NCBI RefSeq assembly: GCF_030684315.1
Contig: NC_081378.1
Location: 35,016,252-35,080,251, forward strand
Reading direction: 5' to 3'
DNA from: Stegostoma tigrinum
Lineage: Eukaryota
Length of the DNA stretch: 64,000 nt
The position numbers were made by a program, and so were the translations under genes. Position 1 is the first letter of the stretch. Every line of letters starts with the position of its first letter. The notes beneath the pieces are model-generated. The model was not told the origin of the DNA. It made no database searches and worked only from the letters and a program-made list of their open reading frames with translations. Below, one piece after another: positions 37,154 to 50,189 of this stretch.

Positions 37154-37661
37154 GAAAAATTACTCGCCACAGAATGGGGTGTAACTAGGCTAAATGACGT
37201 GACCGACGGTTAAATTAAAACCATCAACTGTTTACGATTAGAATCCACATTTGGAGGCCTGAACCCACAAATGCAATTCTCTCCTCTTACACCTGACCTC
37301 TGACCTCCACCGCATTCTTATGGAACGCGCTGTCGGCTCTCCCCGAGCCTGGAGCCTCATTTACTGCCCATTGGCTGCGGATTCCCCGAGCCCCCCGATG
37401 TCTCCGATGATTGGCTGCCCGTGCGGCAGGTCCATTAATGATTGGCTGCCCGTGCACATGACCTACCGATGATTGGCGACTCGTGTATCAGACGCACCAA
37501 TAGCCGGCTGCCGGTCCTGCAAACTCACCAGTGATTGGTTGCCGGTGTCCCCTGGCCGCTTATCCTCAGGCTTCAAACCAAACGGTTAACCCTTTGCTTT
37601 CGGCGTTCGGCTTAGCAGATTAGTAGGCCGCATGCGTGAGCCTCTGTCAGGCTCCGCCAAC
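37154..37661. promoter_or_regulatory. Bidirectional CpG-rich promoter region between DUS4L and COG5
   Basis: About 510 bp between divergent ATGs; CpG-rich; ATTGG at 37370, 37410, 37441, 37472, 37534 and CCAAT at 37497; NRF1-like CGCATGCG near 37629; CRE-like TGACGT near 37195. Confidence 0.8.
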
Positions 37662-37719
37662 ATGGAAGGAAGTGGAAGTTGCCCCGTACGGGACTCGGTC
37701 AAGGAATTGCTTCTGGATG
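37662..37719 (+). CDS. COG5: COG5 (conserved oligomeric Golgi complex subunit 5) exon 1
   Basis: Kozak GCCAACATGG; MEGSGSCPVRDSVKELLLD; donor G|gtaagg; 58 nt, phase matches exon 2. Confidence 0.88.
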
Positions 37720-37912
37720 GTAAGGGTGGTCAGTCTGATTTAGCAAACTGCATTGTCACGGGGCCGGTGAATGTTGACCGTAACTTGTCCACCCATCAAA
37801 GCGTGAACATTTGGCTTTTACACTTTGGACTCCATTTTGCTTTCAGCTGAAGCTCCAATGTTTATAAATCATGTTAGTTGTGTGACCATACTATACAAAG
37901 TGAATGGTATAA

Positions 37913-37981
37913 CGTCAGCTTTTGTGCTCCTAAGATGCCGCTTGGCCTGTTGTGTTCATCTAGCTTCACACTTTGTTATCT
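37913..37981 (+). mobile_element. Short PLE 3' fragment in COG5 intron 1
   Basis: cgtcagcttttgtgctcc...cacactttgttatct, flanked by a tggtataa direct repeat. Confidence 0.75.
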
Positions 37982-38985
37982 TGGTATAATCATGCATTAT
38001 AAGTTGCTCCTAGATGGAGCAGGTGAAGAGTGCAAATAATTATGTGGCATCAGACCAGCCCTTGCTGAAGATTGCTGTAACCCTGAAGGAATCCACGTAT
38101 GATGGAAATGAGTACTTCTTATTTTGAATATTACTTATAGTGAGAAGTGTTGCATTTAATCTACGCCCACAATATCACTGTTTGCAAGAATTGTCCGTTT
38201 CTTCAAATAGCTGCTACTCAGTTGACATTGAGATTGCTAGATTGAGTTATTGTAGAAATCATTATGATTGACCTAGTGGATGGGAACTTTTACAAATTTT
38301 AAATACACTTCTTAAAAAATCTCTGCTATAATCACTATGTTTATTCCTAGTACTAATTATGAACATTAGAAATGTTCGCAAATACTTTTCCACGTTTGCT
38401 TTCATTTGATGTTTCGTCGTTGGTGTTTCCACCCAATGTTGACAAGGTCTGTTTGGGAAAGATGTATCATGGGAGTTCTTCTTGCTTCTGCCCAGAGTAT
38501 TGTATCTCAACAATTCATGTACTGACAGCCAAGTAGAACACTTAAATAAGGTCTTCCTGTTTAGAAGTACATCACCCTTCAGATGTTTTATAGTTTAGTT
38601 TTAAACGTTTTTGCTTCATATTTCAGGTGGACACTGGCAGTGGTTACCTGATATCCATCACCTATCACCACCATTCCGCCTCCACTCCTCTTCTCTCCCC
38701 CCCCCCCCTGCTGCCGTATGTTTCCACAATTTGTCTCTGCTCTCCTGGTTGAAATGGCAGTTTGTAGGTATGAAAGATCGAATTGACATAGACAGTGTAC
38801 AATATTAACTAAACAATGAAAAGTTATTGAAGAATCACATTGCACAAGGGCAGAATTCTGTGTTCACAATCTATGTATACTCGTTGTACTGGTACTCTGG
38901 CCTAAGTCAATGTTGATGCACATGTTTCCAATGTCATTTTAATTTTGATTTAATGAAATATTTATAAAAACTTAACCTTTTTCAG

Positions 38986-39125
38986 AATGTTATTTGGACT
39001 TCTTGAAGGAGGGGTTTGATGTGAAGACCTATACTGCTCAATCCATTCATCAAGCAGTTATAGTTGAACAATTAGCAAAACTTGCCCAAGGAATTAGTCA
39101 GCTTGATAAAGAACTTCATATACAG
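38986..39125 (+). CDS. COG5: COG5 exon 2
   Basis: ttttcag|AA TGT TAT...ATA CAG|gtaag; [46 protein letters not shown]; 140 nt. Confidence 0.95.
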
Positions 39126-40039
39126 GTAAGAAAAAGACATCTTGTTACTATGTGAGTGCTGTATCTGAGTGTTTTAAGAGGCAAGGCAAAACTAATGAGC
39201 TGTACTAGAAATGACATTGAAACTGTTGGCTTCACTCGCATTGTATCATGCTAAATATAGCTCATCTGTGAAATGGTGAATACAAGAATGATAGTGTAAG
39301 CCGTATATTTAGTAACCCCAACAGCATGGAAAAGTTTGTCGTAAAAAGCATCCCTGTCACTGTCGTCCATGTCACTGCAGTGCTCTCCTCCTTTTGCGGT
39401 TTGTATCCGTCAAGTGTTCAGGAAATTGCATTATTTCATGCTGAAATAAAAAAAACTTTCTGCTTATGAGTTTATTTCTGAAATTCAGGAGATTGTTCTC
39501 TTTGATTCATGCTATGAAAATCAATGTTAATGTTGCTGCTCTAATGGTTCTTTAGAAAAGGGTTTTATTTTGGGGAAAATAAAAACAAATATTGTATTCC
39601 TTCTATTGTTCATTTTTAGAGAGGAAAGTAATTGCAGAAGTAGCCTGAACTAGATTCTGGGTGCCAAAGTGCAAAGACAATGACTCGACCAAATGTCCCC
39701 CTCAGAGACGTCAAGGGGTTACATTAGTCTTCTATTAGAAAGTGTTGAGTTTTAATTTTTTTTGTTTCTTTCATCTTGCAGAAGGATTTTTAAGTGGACA
39801 TTGTTTTATCTGTATTTTTATAATTTTAATTGACTTTGGCATATTTATGCCGATCATAATGATATTAGCGCTTGAGAGTTGCTACATATCAACTCCTAGT
39901 GCTCATGGTCAACATGAAAGATGAATGTATATGGCGGTTAGACATAAGGTAAGCAGCCTTTCCTTTAGCTAGGCTGATAATATGGCCTTAAAACTCAATC
40001 TCTGGAATGGACCAGCTATGCCAAACTGTTCACTTAGAT

Positions 40040-40475
40040 AATGTGCAGACTACAGGAAAATAAATGCAATCACAAAGACAGATTCATACCAGATTCCCAG
40101 CCTAGAAGATTGCATCGATAGAGTTGGTTGCTCATCTTTCTTGTGTAAAATTGATTTGTTAAAAAGATATTGACAGCAGGAACTAAGGAACTTTGTGTTT
40201 GTCACACCTTGTGGATTCCACCAATTTTGAGTTATGCTATTTGAATTTAAGAATACTGCGCTACGTTTCAACAATTAATGAATACAGTTATAGCTGAAGT
40301 ACCTGAATGTGTAGATTTGTTGCATGACATCATAGTACTATATTAGATAGAACATACAGAAATGTTAGAAAACTTGTTTACACAATTACAGTCAGCCAGG
40401 ATTGGTGTTAAATCTAGCAAAAAGTATATTTGCAAAAGCCAAGGTGACTTTAGTTTTGGTCATTTGTGGGATGTG
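40040..40475 (+). mobile_element. Gypsy/Ty3 LTR retrotransposon RT relic
   Basis: DYRKINAITKTDSYQIPSLEDCIDRVGCSSFLCKIDLLKRY*Q matches the Gypsy RT DYRKVN..T..DSYP.P...D....IDL.KGYWQ pattern. Confidence 0.75.
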
Positions 40476-40625
40476 GGCTGGCTCGCAATTATTGCCCATC
40501 CCTAAGTGCCCTTGAGCAAGGCAGTCTTGAAACAATGCAGTCTGTGTGCTATCGGTTGATCCATAATACCCTTAGAGAGGGAATTCCAGGACTTTGATTC
40601 CTCATCCATCTTTGTCATTGCTTGA

Positions 40626-40791
40626 GAGATAATGGGAACTGGAGAATGCGACATAACAAAGTGTGAAGCTAGATGAACACAGCAGGCTAAGCAGCATCTT
40701 AGGAGCACAAAAGTCGAAGCCAGAAACGTTAGCTTTTGTGCTCCTAAGATGCTGCTTGGCCTGCTGTGTTCATCCAGCTTCACATTTTGTT
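40626..40791. mobile_element. Miniature palindromic PLE derivative
   Basis: Inverted arms; 18-bp TSD atctttg(t/a)cattgcttga at 40608-40625 and 40792-40809. Confidence 0.85.
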
Positions 40792-41633
40792 ATCTTTGAC
40801 ATTGCTTGACTAGTTTGTGAGACACCTCTCCCAATTTTGGCGCTAGCCCCCAGAAGCTATTACAGAGGGCTTTGCAGGGTCCATGTAACTGTTTCTGCTG
40901 TTGTCTTTTCTGGTGCTGAGGTCAATGCCAGATGGTCCATCTGGTATCATTACTTTGTGGAGACTTTATAGCAATTAATACAACTGAGTGGCATGCTAGG
41001 CCATTTCAGAAGGCAGTTGACAGTCAATCACATTGCTGTGTCTCTGGAGTTGCATGTAGGCCAGACCAGGTGAGGATGGCAGATCTCCTTCCCTGAAGGA
41101 CATTAGTGCGCCAGATAGGCTTTTCTTGAAATCAGCAGTGGTTTTATGGTAATCAGGTTCTTTTAAAAAAAAATCCAAATTACACCATCTACCATAGTGG
41201 CCCCCAGATCCCCAAAACATTAGCTGAATTTCTGGATCAATAATCTAGCGGTATTGCCACTAGATCATCACCTCCCCTATTTAGGGCACGTTGTAGAACA
41301 ACAATAGGCATCACCCAGAACTAAGTCTGTTTGTCTGTCTTTGATAGTGGGAGTGGCTAGAATCACAAGATTGGGTTTAAATCATTGGCTTTAATTTGAT
41401 TACCTTGTTTAACTTTGCTCTGTAAAGTCACTATTATTAAAAAACTGTTGTATCTTTATTTAAGCTATAAACCTGGTGTCTGGTATTGGTTATTTTCAAA
41501 GTCTCTGGTACTAGTTATTACAAAGCTCTGGGTAGTAAATTTTTAAAGGCCATTAGGTATTTTAATTTTACTGCACCGCAAATACAGGGATAGGGAGAGT
41601 CATTTGATTTGGTGGTCTGTCTCTGTGTTGTAA

Positions 41634-41765
<132 letters not shown>

Positions 41766-44752
41766 TGAAAAATCAAACACCCTCTCAGTTCAAAATTTCC
41801 AACATTTAGAGCAGGTCCAAGCCGTGAAATCATGAATGTTTGCAGTTTGCCAATTATGAACAGTTTTCAATATTCACAACATAAACACACAAAAAGTATA
41901 TGAAAACAAGTGCAAACCACTTGTGCAATGGAGGTCTTCTTATTTAATATGCATAGTGGCAAAGAAACAATTATGTTGCTGAGATGGAATGCTTTCATGG
42001 CTTTCTCATGGGGCAAAGGGTGCCTTTTTTTTAGTGTCATGAAACTTGGATAAAGATATCAATTTCATGAAAGCTGTGAACTGCTGGTCAGATGGATGGT
42101 TGATGGTGGTAGATTACAAGGAAGCTTCTGATATTGAGGATCTAGAAGTTGAGGAGAGAGGAAGACTGATTTGGTGGCTTGGGAGATTGGTGTTCAGGAG
42201 GCAAAGAGAATGGTTTCTCATTTCTTTTTACCTTTCTTAGACTGTTGGACCTGAACATCCTCACATAATAAATGTTGGAACAAAACCATATTAACATCCT
42301 TAGCTATAGATGACACCACCATAGTAAGATTAATTTTTTTTTAACATTTACTTGTGAGATGTGGGTGTTACTGGCTGGATCAGTGTTTATTGTTGATCTG
42401 AACTTGCCCTTGAGAAGGTGGAAAGTGAGCTGCCTACTTGAATCATGGCAGTCCATATGCTATAGGTAGATCCACAACACTGTTGTTGGGGCAATTCCAG
42501 CGCACTGAAAGAGCAATGTATATTTCCAAGTCAGAGTGGGTTGGAGGAGAACTTGAAGATGATGGTGTTCCCATGTGCCTGCTCTCCTTTTCCTTCTAAA
42601 TTGTTGTGGTTTTGGCCATAGGAGATGCTGGCTAAGAATCTTTGACTTTCTGTAGTGCATCTTCTGGATAGTACACATGCCGCTTTGCAACTTCTCATGT
42701 TATCTGGGGATGGTCACTGTGAAGGTCAAACCACCATCAGTCATCTCTCTCAGCCTGGTAAGACTATGACAACTTTTTTTTAGAGCCTCTAGAATGTCAT
42801 TGGATCTGTAACTATCCAGGCAACTGGGGAGTATTCCATTACACCCCTGACTTATGCCTTGTGGATGGTGGACAGGTTTGGGAAATCAGGAGGTAAGTTA
42901 CTCACTGCAGTATTCCTACCTCTGATCTGCTCTTCTACAAACCTGTGTTTAATGGCCATTCCAGTTCAGATTCTGATCAATGGTAACCCTAAGGATGTTG
43001 ATAGTGGCAGATTCAGTGATGGTAATGCCATTGAATGTTAAGGTACTGGTGAAATAGTCATTGCCTAGTATTTGTGTGGCGCATATATGATTTATCACTT
43101 GTTAGTCCAAGCCTGGACGTTATCCAGATCTTGTTGCATTAGGACACAGACAGTTTAAGTATTTGAGGAGTTGCGAAAGGTGTTGAACATGATGCAATCA
43201 TTGGTGAACGTCCCCACATCTGACCTTATGGAAGGAAGATCATTGAAGTAGCTGAAGATGGCTGGGCCTAGGACAGAATCCTGTAGAAATGTCCTGGGAG
43301 ATGAAATGATTGACTTCTAATAATCTTAACTGTCTTCTCATGTACGAGGTATGATTCCAACCAGTGGAGAGTTCACCCCAATTCCTGTTGACTCCTGACT
43401 TTGCTAGAGCTCCTTGATGTCACATTTTGTCAAATCTAGCCTTGATGTCAAGTGCAATCACTCTCTCATTTCACCACCTGTGAAATTCAGCTCTTTTGGA
43501 CTGGTTTCAACCAAGGTTGTAATGAAGTTAGGAACTGACTGGTCATGGTAGAACCCAGTTTTGGTGTCAGTAAGCAGATTATTGCTGAGCAGTGATAGCA
43601 TTGTTTATGACATTTCCTATCACCTTTTCTGATAATTGACTAGACCGATGGGGCCATAATTGGGCATGTTGATTAGTCCTGCATTTTGTCTACATGACAA
43701 ATTCTGAACAATTTTCCAAGTTGTCAGGTAGATGCCAATGTTGTAGCTGTTCTTGAACAGTTTGGCCTGGGGGTATAGTAGGTTTTGGTGCATGTCTTCA
43801 ATACTATTGCAGGAATTTCATCATAGCTTTTGCAGTATCCAGTGTCTCCAACCACTTCTTGACATTATATGGAGTGAATCAAATTGGCTAAAGACTGGCA
43901 TCCATGTGATGATTGGGACCCAAGTCTTGAGTTGCTAGATCTGTTCAAAATCTAAAACAGTCAGCTCCACAGAACGTGATTAAAGATATAATGAATGTGA
44001 AGGCAGGACGTTGTCACCATGAGGATTCTGCAGTGGTCGCTCTTAAGGATACTGACATCCACAGATGCATCTGTGGCAGGCAAATAGGTGAAGATGAAGT
44101 CAAATATGTAATTCCCTTTTTCTTCATTTCCTCACTACCTGTTGCAGACCCAGTCTAGCCGCAGTGTCCTGTAGTACTACACTGGATGGATCAATGGTAC
44201 TGCTGCAGAATCATTCTTGGTGGTGAACATTTGACATTCCCCACCCAGAGAACATTCTTTGTCGTTGGCACCCTTAGTGCTTCCTTCAAGTGTGGCTGCA
44301 CGTGGAGTATTGATTTATCAGCTGAGGGAGGGTAGTATGTGACAATCAGCAGGGGGTTTCTTTGCCCATGTTTGCCTTATTACCATGAGATTTTATGGTG
44401 TCTGTTTACCAATGTTGAGGACTCCTAGGACAACTCAGTCCTCACTGTTCCACTCTGCTGCTGGTTCTGCTGAGGCAGGACACCTCCAAGGATGGTGATG
44501 GGACATTGTGAGATATGATTCTAACTGGGTCAGGCTGCTTCTTGATTAGCCTGTGAGAAAACTCTGACAATTTTGACACTAGCCCTCAGATTTTTATAAA
44601 GAGAATTTTGTGGCGCCCTTTTTGTCCTTATTGTATCTAATGCCTACGTCAGCGTCCGATGGTCTGTCCGTTTTTAATTTCTTTCCTCCTTCCTAGCATC
44701 GGATACAACTGAATGGTTTACTAGGCTGTTTCAGTGAGCAATTAAGAGTCAA

Positions 44753-44892
44753 AGATAACAAAGTGTGGAGCTGGATGAACACAGGAGGCCAAGTAGCATC
44801 CCAGGAGCACAAAAGCTGACGTAAGGTTTCAACCGGCTCCACACTTTGTTATTCTTGGATTCTCCAGCATCTGCAGTTCCCATTATCACTGA
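44753..44892. mobile_element. Miniature palindromic PLE derivative nested in a SINE/LINE tail
   Basis: TSD agcaatt(a/c)agagtcaa at 44737-44752 and 44893-44908. Confidence 0.85.
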
Positions 44893-45069
44893 AGCAATTC
44901 AGAGTCAACAGCATTGCTGTGGGCCTGGAATTACGCATTGGCCAGATTACCTAAGGATAGCTGTTTCCTTCCTTAAAGCCCATTAAATTATCCAACTGGG
45001 TCTTTCTGATAAGAGTCCGATGGTCATCATTAGACTGTTAATTCCAGAACCCAGGCAATGTTCTTGGGA

Positions 45070-45158
45070 GATAATGGGAACTGCAGATGCTGGAGATTCC
45101 AAGATAATAAAATGTGAGGCTGGATGAACACAGCAGGCCAAGCAGCATCTCAGGAGCA
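45070..45158 (-). mobile_element. Short PLE 3'-terminal insertion
   Basis: Reverse complement of the family terminus; TSD caatgttcttggga at 45056-45069 and 45159-45172. Confidence 0.88.
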
Positions 45159-46471
45159 CAATGTTCTTGGGACCTATGTCTCTGGATTAATAATCTAGCA
45201 GTAATGCCACTAGGGCATTGCACATTCAAAGGTGTTGCCCCATATTGTAAAGGCTGCATAATTTTCTTTCCTTTGTTTGGGACTATGAACTAAAACCATA
45301 AATTTTGACCAGGTGATCATTGGTTATGGGCAGGAGAAACATCTAGTTGCAAAGTGAAGGTGTAGGATATCATTCACTGTGTTGGCCTCTTTCTGTGAAA
45401 GTCCCAGAAAATCTCGAGTGATGGCCCCCCACTCTCTTCTTTCTCTGAAATTTCCTTGTTGAAAGGAGAAAAGAAACCTTGCTCTGAAAGGGGAATATTC
45501 TTAACCAGTGAACAACATACAACATTGGCGTGCAAACAACCTCATCTCATTGAAGACCTAAAAGGAACTGAAACAAAACCACTCATCAAATCCTGTGGGG
45601 CAATTGAACTGTTTGCCTTTTTTGCATCTTTTTCCTAACATTCATGTCTCATCTGCCTTTCTGTCTGTGAAGGTAGGGATTTAAGAAATAGTTTCATTTA
45701 AGTGGTGAAGTTTTGTTTGCCGTTCATATTCACAAATGAGACCATGAGCAGTTATTTTCTAAAGTACAGAGAACCAGTGACTGACAAACTCAGGTTAAAA
45801 GAAAGCAGTCAGCTAAACTGGGTTCTTGGATATTCTGACTAAAATTTTTTCACATTTTGTAATGGCTTTGGCAATATTTGGGCTTGATTTCCACTGCATT
45901 ACCCCAACTGGTCATGACGATGTAATATTAAGTTAAAAGTTATGTATTCGAACATTGTGATCAAATCTGCAGGCATGCCTCTAACTAAAGTTCCTGCTTT
46001 TTTCTGTACATGATGTTATTGCTACTGATGTTCTGAAACGCTCCTGAGTGTGGTGGCAACAATACATACCATTCTCCTCCCCATCTTTTGCTGGGATCTG
46101 CTTGGCACTCTAGCCCTAAGGCAGACACCTTATCTTGCACAGGTTGCCGAAGTAGCAGATCCCAGGGCTTAGGATGTCCCTTTGTCTAAAGAAAAGAATC
46201 TTGGAATGACAACAGAAGTAGGGAACCTAGTAATCCAAAAAATGAGCTGACAACGTACTCAGCAGGTCTCTAAAATCAGGCATGATTCCAGGTGGGTGTG
46301 AAAAAACACAAGGGTCACTTCAGTCTTGCATCACATTGAACAATGCAATATTTTGAAGGGTTTAATCATTTACTTCTGTTACTGTGTCTAAAAGAACTTA
46401 AAACAATGTTTTAGGAAAATTAAAATCTTTGTTTGTATGCTGTTAAATAAGTTGATTGTCATGTATTTTAG

Positions 46472-46526
46472 GTGTCCTTCAGATGATGCAGACCCGGATT
46501 GCTGCGCTTCAGAGCACTGTTGACAG
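46472..46526 (+). CDS. COG5: COG5 exon 4
   Basis: ttttag|GT GTC CTT...GAC AG|gtagag; (G)VLQMMQTRIAALQSTVDR; 55 nt. Confidence 0.95.
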
Positions 46527-47880
46527 GTAGAGAGCTAGTTTTGCAATTTAACTATAATACACTACTGCAAAGTCTCCTTGTGCATGTAAAATAATCGTAC
46601 CAGACGTCTCACTGCATCTGATTCACTGAACAGTTGTCCGCGATGACAACGCAACATTTGGAGTCTATAATAGGAGCATAGGAACAGGAATAGGCCATTC
46701 AGCAAGTCAGGCCTGTTCCACTAATCAGTGAGATTGTGGCTGATCTCTGGTATAATTCCATATACCTTTGGCTTATATCCCATTTAATACTATTGCCTAA
46801 CAAAATAAGACTATCTCAGATTTAAAATTAACAACTAATCCAGCATCCATGCCATTTGTAGAAGAGAGTTCCAAACATCCATCACCCTTTGTGTAGGAGT
46901 GCTTTGTAACATCTCTGCTGAATGGTCTGGCTCTAATTCTCTCTCAATGCTATAGAATTCAAAAATCCCTGAACAGTGGTAGGAATTTATCATTATCTAG
47001 CCTGTTTTTTCCTGTTAATATCTTGAAGACTTCGATCAGATCACCCATTAACATTCTAAATTTGAGGAAAGTGCAATAATGGAAACTATAACAATAGTTA
47101 TAAAGTGGCAAGTGATTAAAATAGAAAGCAGTGTTCTGATAATTTGCATGTGACTTGCAAAAATCATAAGCATGATGTTTAACTGCATTGTGTTTGTTAA
47201 CGATATCAAAGAATATGGAACAATGGAGTAATTATGGTGGAATTAATTTTTCTATCAACTGGATAACTAGATTTGCAGTAGCCACTTGGATGAATAGTTC
47301 GTAATGTATACAAAGTGACTTCAAGGAGTAAGGAACCAGCCAGGGAACAGACTTTTTTAAAACTGGTTTTGCGTAATGAGAGAAGGTTAATTTCCAATTT
47401 TGTAAAATAGAATCTTTACCAGAGAATGTCATAAATTTGAGAATGATATATAATGTTTGGGACTGAGTACTAGAATCTGAAATCTGAACAAAACAAACTA
47501 CATGTTCATAAGGAATGAGTTGGTTAAGGCATTTGGAAAATGAGGTTAAAACACATGGGAGATGAGCAATAACAGAGATTTAAAAATTAATGTTCAAATA
47601 ATGTATATTTTCTTAAATAAAACTCGATTGGAAAATTTATTTGCGGTGGCTTACAAGAACATAAAGATGACATTAGATTAAAGGTGGAAGCTTATAATGT
47701 TGCTAAAACATTTTAAACCTGAGGATTAATTGCATTTTTAAAATCGGCAAATGAAGCCTATGCTCCTAGAATGTAATCAACTTCATAATTTATAATCTTC
47801 AGTTGTGCACAATACCTCCTGTTGAAAATGATTATTTGGCTGTTGGCTATTTCTGCTTTTTTTTGGTCTCTTTTCAACAG

Positions 47881-47950
47881 GATCAGAGGAAAAATTGTTG
47901 ACCCCTATAACAAGATTGTTGCTCGTACAGCACAGTTGGCCAGATTACAG
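47881..47950 (+). CDS. COG5: COG5 exon 5
   Basis: ttttcaacag|G ATC AGA...TTA CAG|gtatac; [23 protein letters not shown]; 70 nt. Confidence 0.95.
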
Positions 47951-49585
47951 GTATACTATTTTGATGTACAGCTGTACATCAGTAATGCACATTAGATAGC
48001 TCACTTTATGCTTTTTCTTCCACAGAAGCTGCCAGACTCACTGAGTTTTTCCAGCAATTTCTGTTGTCGTTTCAGATTTGCAGCATCAACAGTCCTTTGT
48101 TTATCCAAAAGAAATCTGTTAGTTATACTAAAAGCTGCAGGTTTCAGGGTGCATACTCAAAAGTGGATTTGATACTTGGTGATGGGTAGAAAATATTAAG
48201 TACTCATTGGATGAATTACACTGAGTAACCAGGAGGACTGAGTGGGCTCTGGTAAATTAGAAATTTAACGTGGGAAGACAGCTTAGTTGCAATGTCACTG
48301 GGCTGGTAATTCAACTGTCATGCTCTGGGGACATAGATTTAAATCCCAGCTGCTGAATTTCAAATTCATTTAATATATCTGGAGTATAAAACTGGAGTCT
48401 GCAACGGTCATGATTATATTATCGTGGATAGTCATAATAACTGTATGGTTCGCTAATGTCCTTTTTAAGGAAGGTAATTTGCTATTCTTGCCTGGTCTGG
48501 CCTACCTGTAATTCCAGACTCAGTAATCTGGTTGAACAGCAGTAGGTTATAGCTCATGGTGTAAAAGGGTCAGTAGAAACAGATTCTAGATTGGCTGAGG
48601 AATAGGAAATAGTGTGGTTAATGAGTATTTTTGAGGTTTAAAAGTTTATAGTGGGTTTCCATACAGGTCAATATTGGGAGTTTTTTTTTCCGATGTGTTC
48701 TAGATATTGGAGTTCGGAACGGTTTCAAAATCTACAAATGTTGACAACATTTGGAGACATAATTATCTGTGAGGATAATGTAAAAAGCATAGAAATATTA
48801 AAAGTAGAGCAGGAATAGTAGATCTTCGAAAGAACATTGACAAGTTAGTGAAGTGGGTGGACAGGTGTTGGATGAAGTTCACTTGACACTTAAGCACAAT
48901 GTTCATTGTCATAGGAATGAGTGGAAGCTATAAAATACAGTGTAATAGTCAAAAGAGGGTGCAGGAGCAGAGAGACCTGCAAGTGTCTGCATAAACCTTT
49001 TTAAAGGTGACAGGACGGGAAAGAGTGGTTCATGTACAGATTACAAAAATTTATTCATAGCAGCATAAATATAAGAGCGGGGATGTTTTGTTAAACCTGT
49101 GTACAATACTAAATTGCAAGTTAAATTTTAACTGGGGTGTTATGTAACATACTCAGTGCTACACTTCAATGCATTAGAGAGAGTATAGAAGAGATTTACA
49201 AGGATGGTTCTGCTTTGAGAATCATCTGTTATATGAAACTAGATTGGAAAAATTGGGATTGAGGGGTTGGCTGCTTAGGATCCAGTGGCAACAGAGTGCT
49301 GGGGATTGGCTGCAGAGTGCAGAATGTCTGGAGAGTTACATTATCTCGGTGCGTAAAGTTAGGATCTGGGGATCATATATGGTCTGGTGGTAGTATAGCT
49401 GGGGATGTGTGAGGCAGATATAGTGACAGTCTAATAGTTACTCAGGAGTTAGACTATGCACATAATTTATTAAATACAACTCCAATCTATTTGCATCAAG
49501 AAATATGGGTGGAAGTAGGATGTTCCAGCCTGCCTCACCACTTTATGTGATCATGGCTGATCTACCCAGGTCTCATCTACTCTCT

Positions 49586-50174
49586 GTGATAATGGGAACT
49601 TCTTTAGATTCTTTAGAAATTCTTTAGATGACATGTCCATCATGGGCCTCCTGCGGTGCCACAATGATGCCACCCGAAGGTTGCAGGAACAGCAACTCAT
49701 ATTCCGCTTGGGAACCCTGCAGCCCAATGGTATCAATGTGGACTTCACCAGCTTCAAAATCTCCCCTTCCCCCACTGCATCCCAAAACCAGCCCAGTTCA
49801 TCCTCTCCCCCCACTGCATCCCAAAACCAGTCCAGCCTGTCTCTGCCTCCCTAACCTGTTCTTCGTCTCACCCGTCCCTTCCTCCTGCCCCAAGTTGCAC
49901 CTCTATCTCCTACCTACTAACCTCATCCCACCTCCTTGACCTGTCCATCTCCCCTGGACTGACCTATCCCCTCCCTACCTCCCCACCTATACTCTCCTCT
50001 CAACCTATCTTCTTTTCTCTCCATCTTCGGTCCGCCTCCCTCCCTCTCCCTATTTATTCCAGAACTCTCACCCCATCCCCCACTCTGATGAAGGATCTAG
50101 GCCCGAAACGTCAGCTTTTGTGCTCCTGAGATGCTGCTGGGCCTGCTGTGTTCATCCAGCCTCACATTTTATTA
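49586..50174 (+). mobile_element. PLE 3' fragment with a 15-nt inverted terminal stub
   Basis: Encodes the GIY-YIG C-terminus (RRLQEQQLIFRLGTLQPNGIN); TSD tctcatctactctct at 49571-49585 and 50175-50189. Confidence 0.9.
50085..50112 (+). ncRNA. Minimal hammerhead ribozyme motif (sense to COG5 pre-mRNA)
   Basis: ctgatgaaggatctaggcccgaaacgtc; one stem II mismatch. Confidence 0.6.
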
Positions 50175-50189
50175 TCTCATCTACTCTCT

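Noticed and set aside
37228-37300. Possible short 5' UTR intron of DUS4L
   Set aside because: Donor- and acceptor-like sites exist, but the intron would be only ~63 nt and there is no transcript evidence.
37365-37550. CRISPR-like repeat array
   Set aside because: Vertebrate context, degenerate contiguous 31-bp units without unique spacers, and no cas genes.
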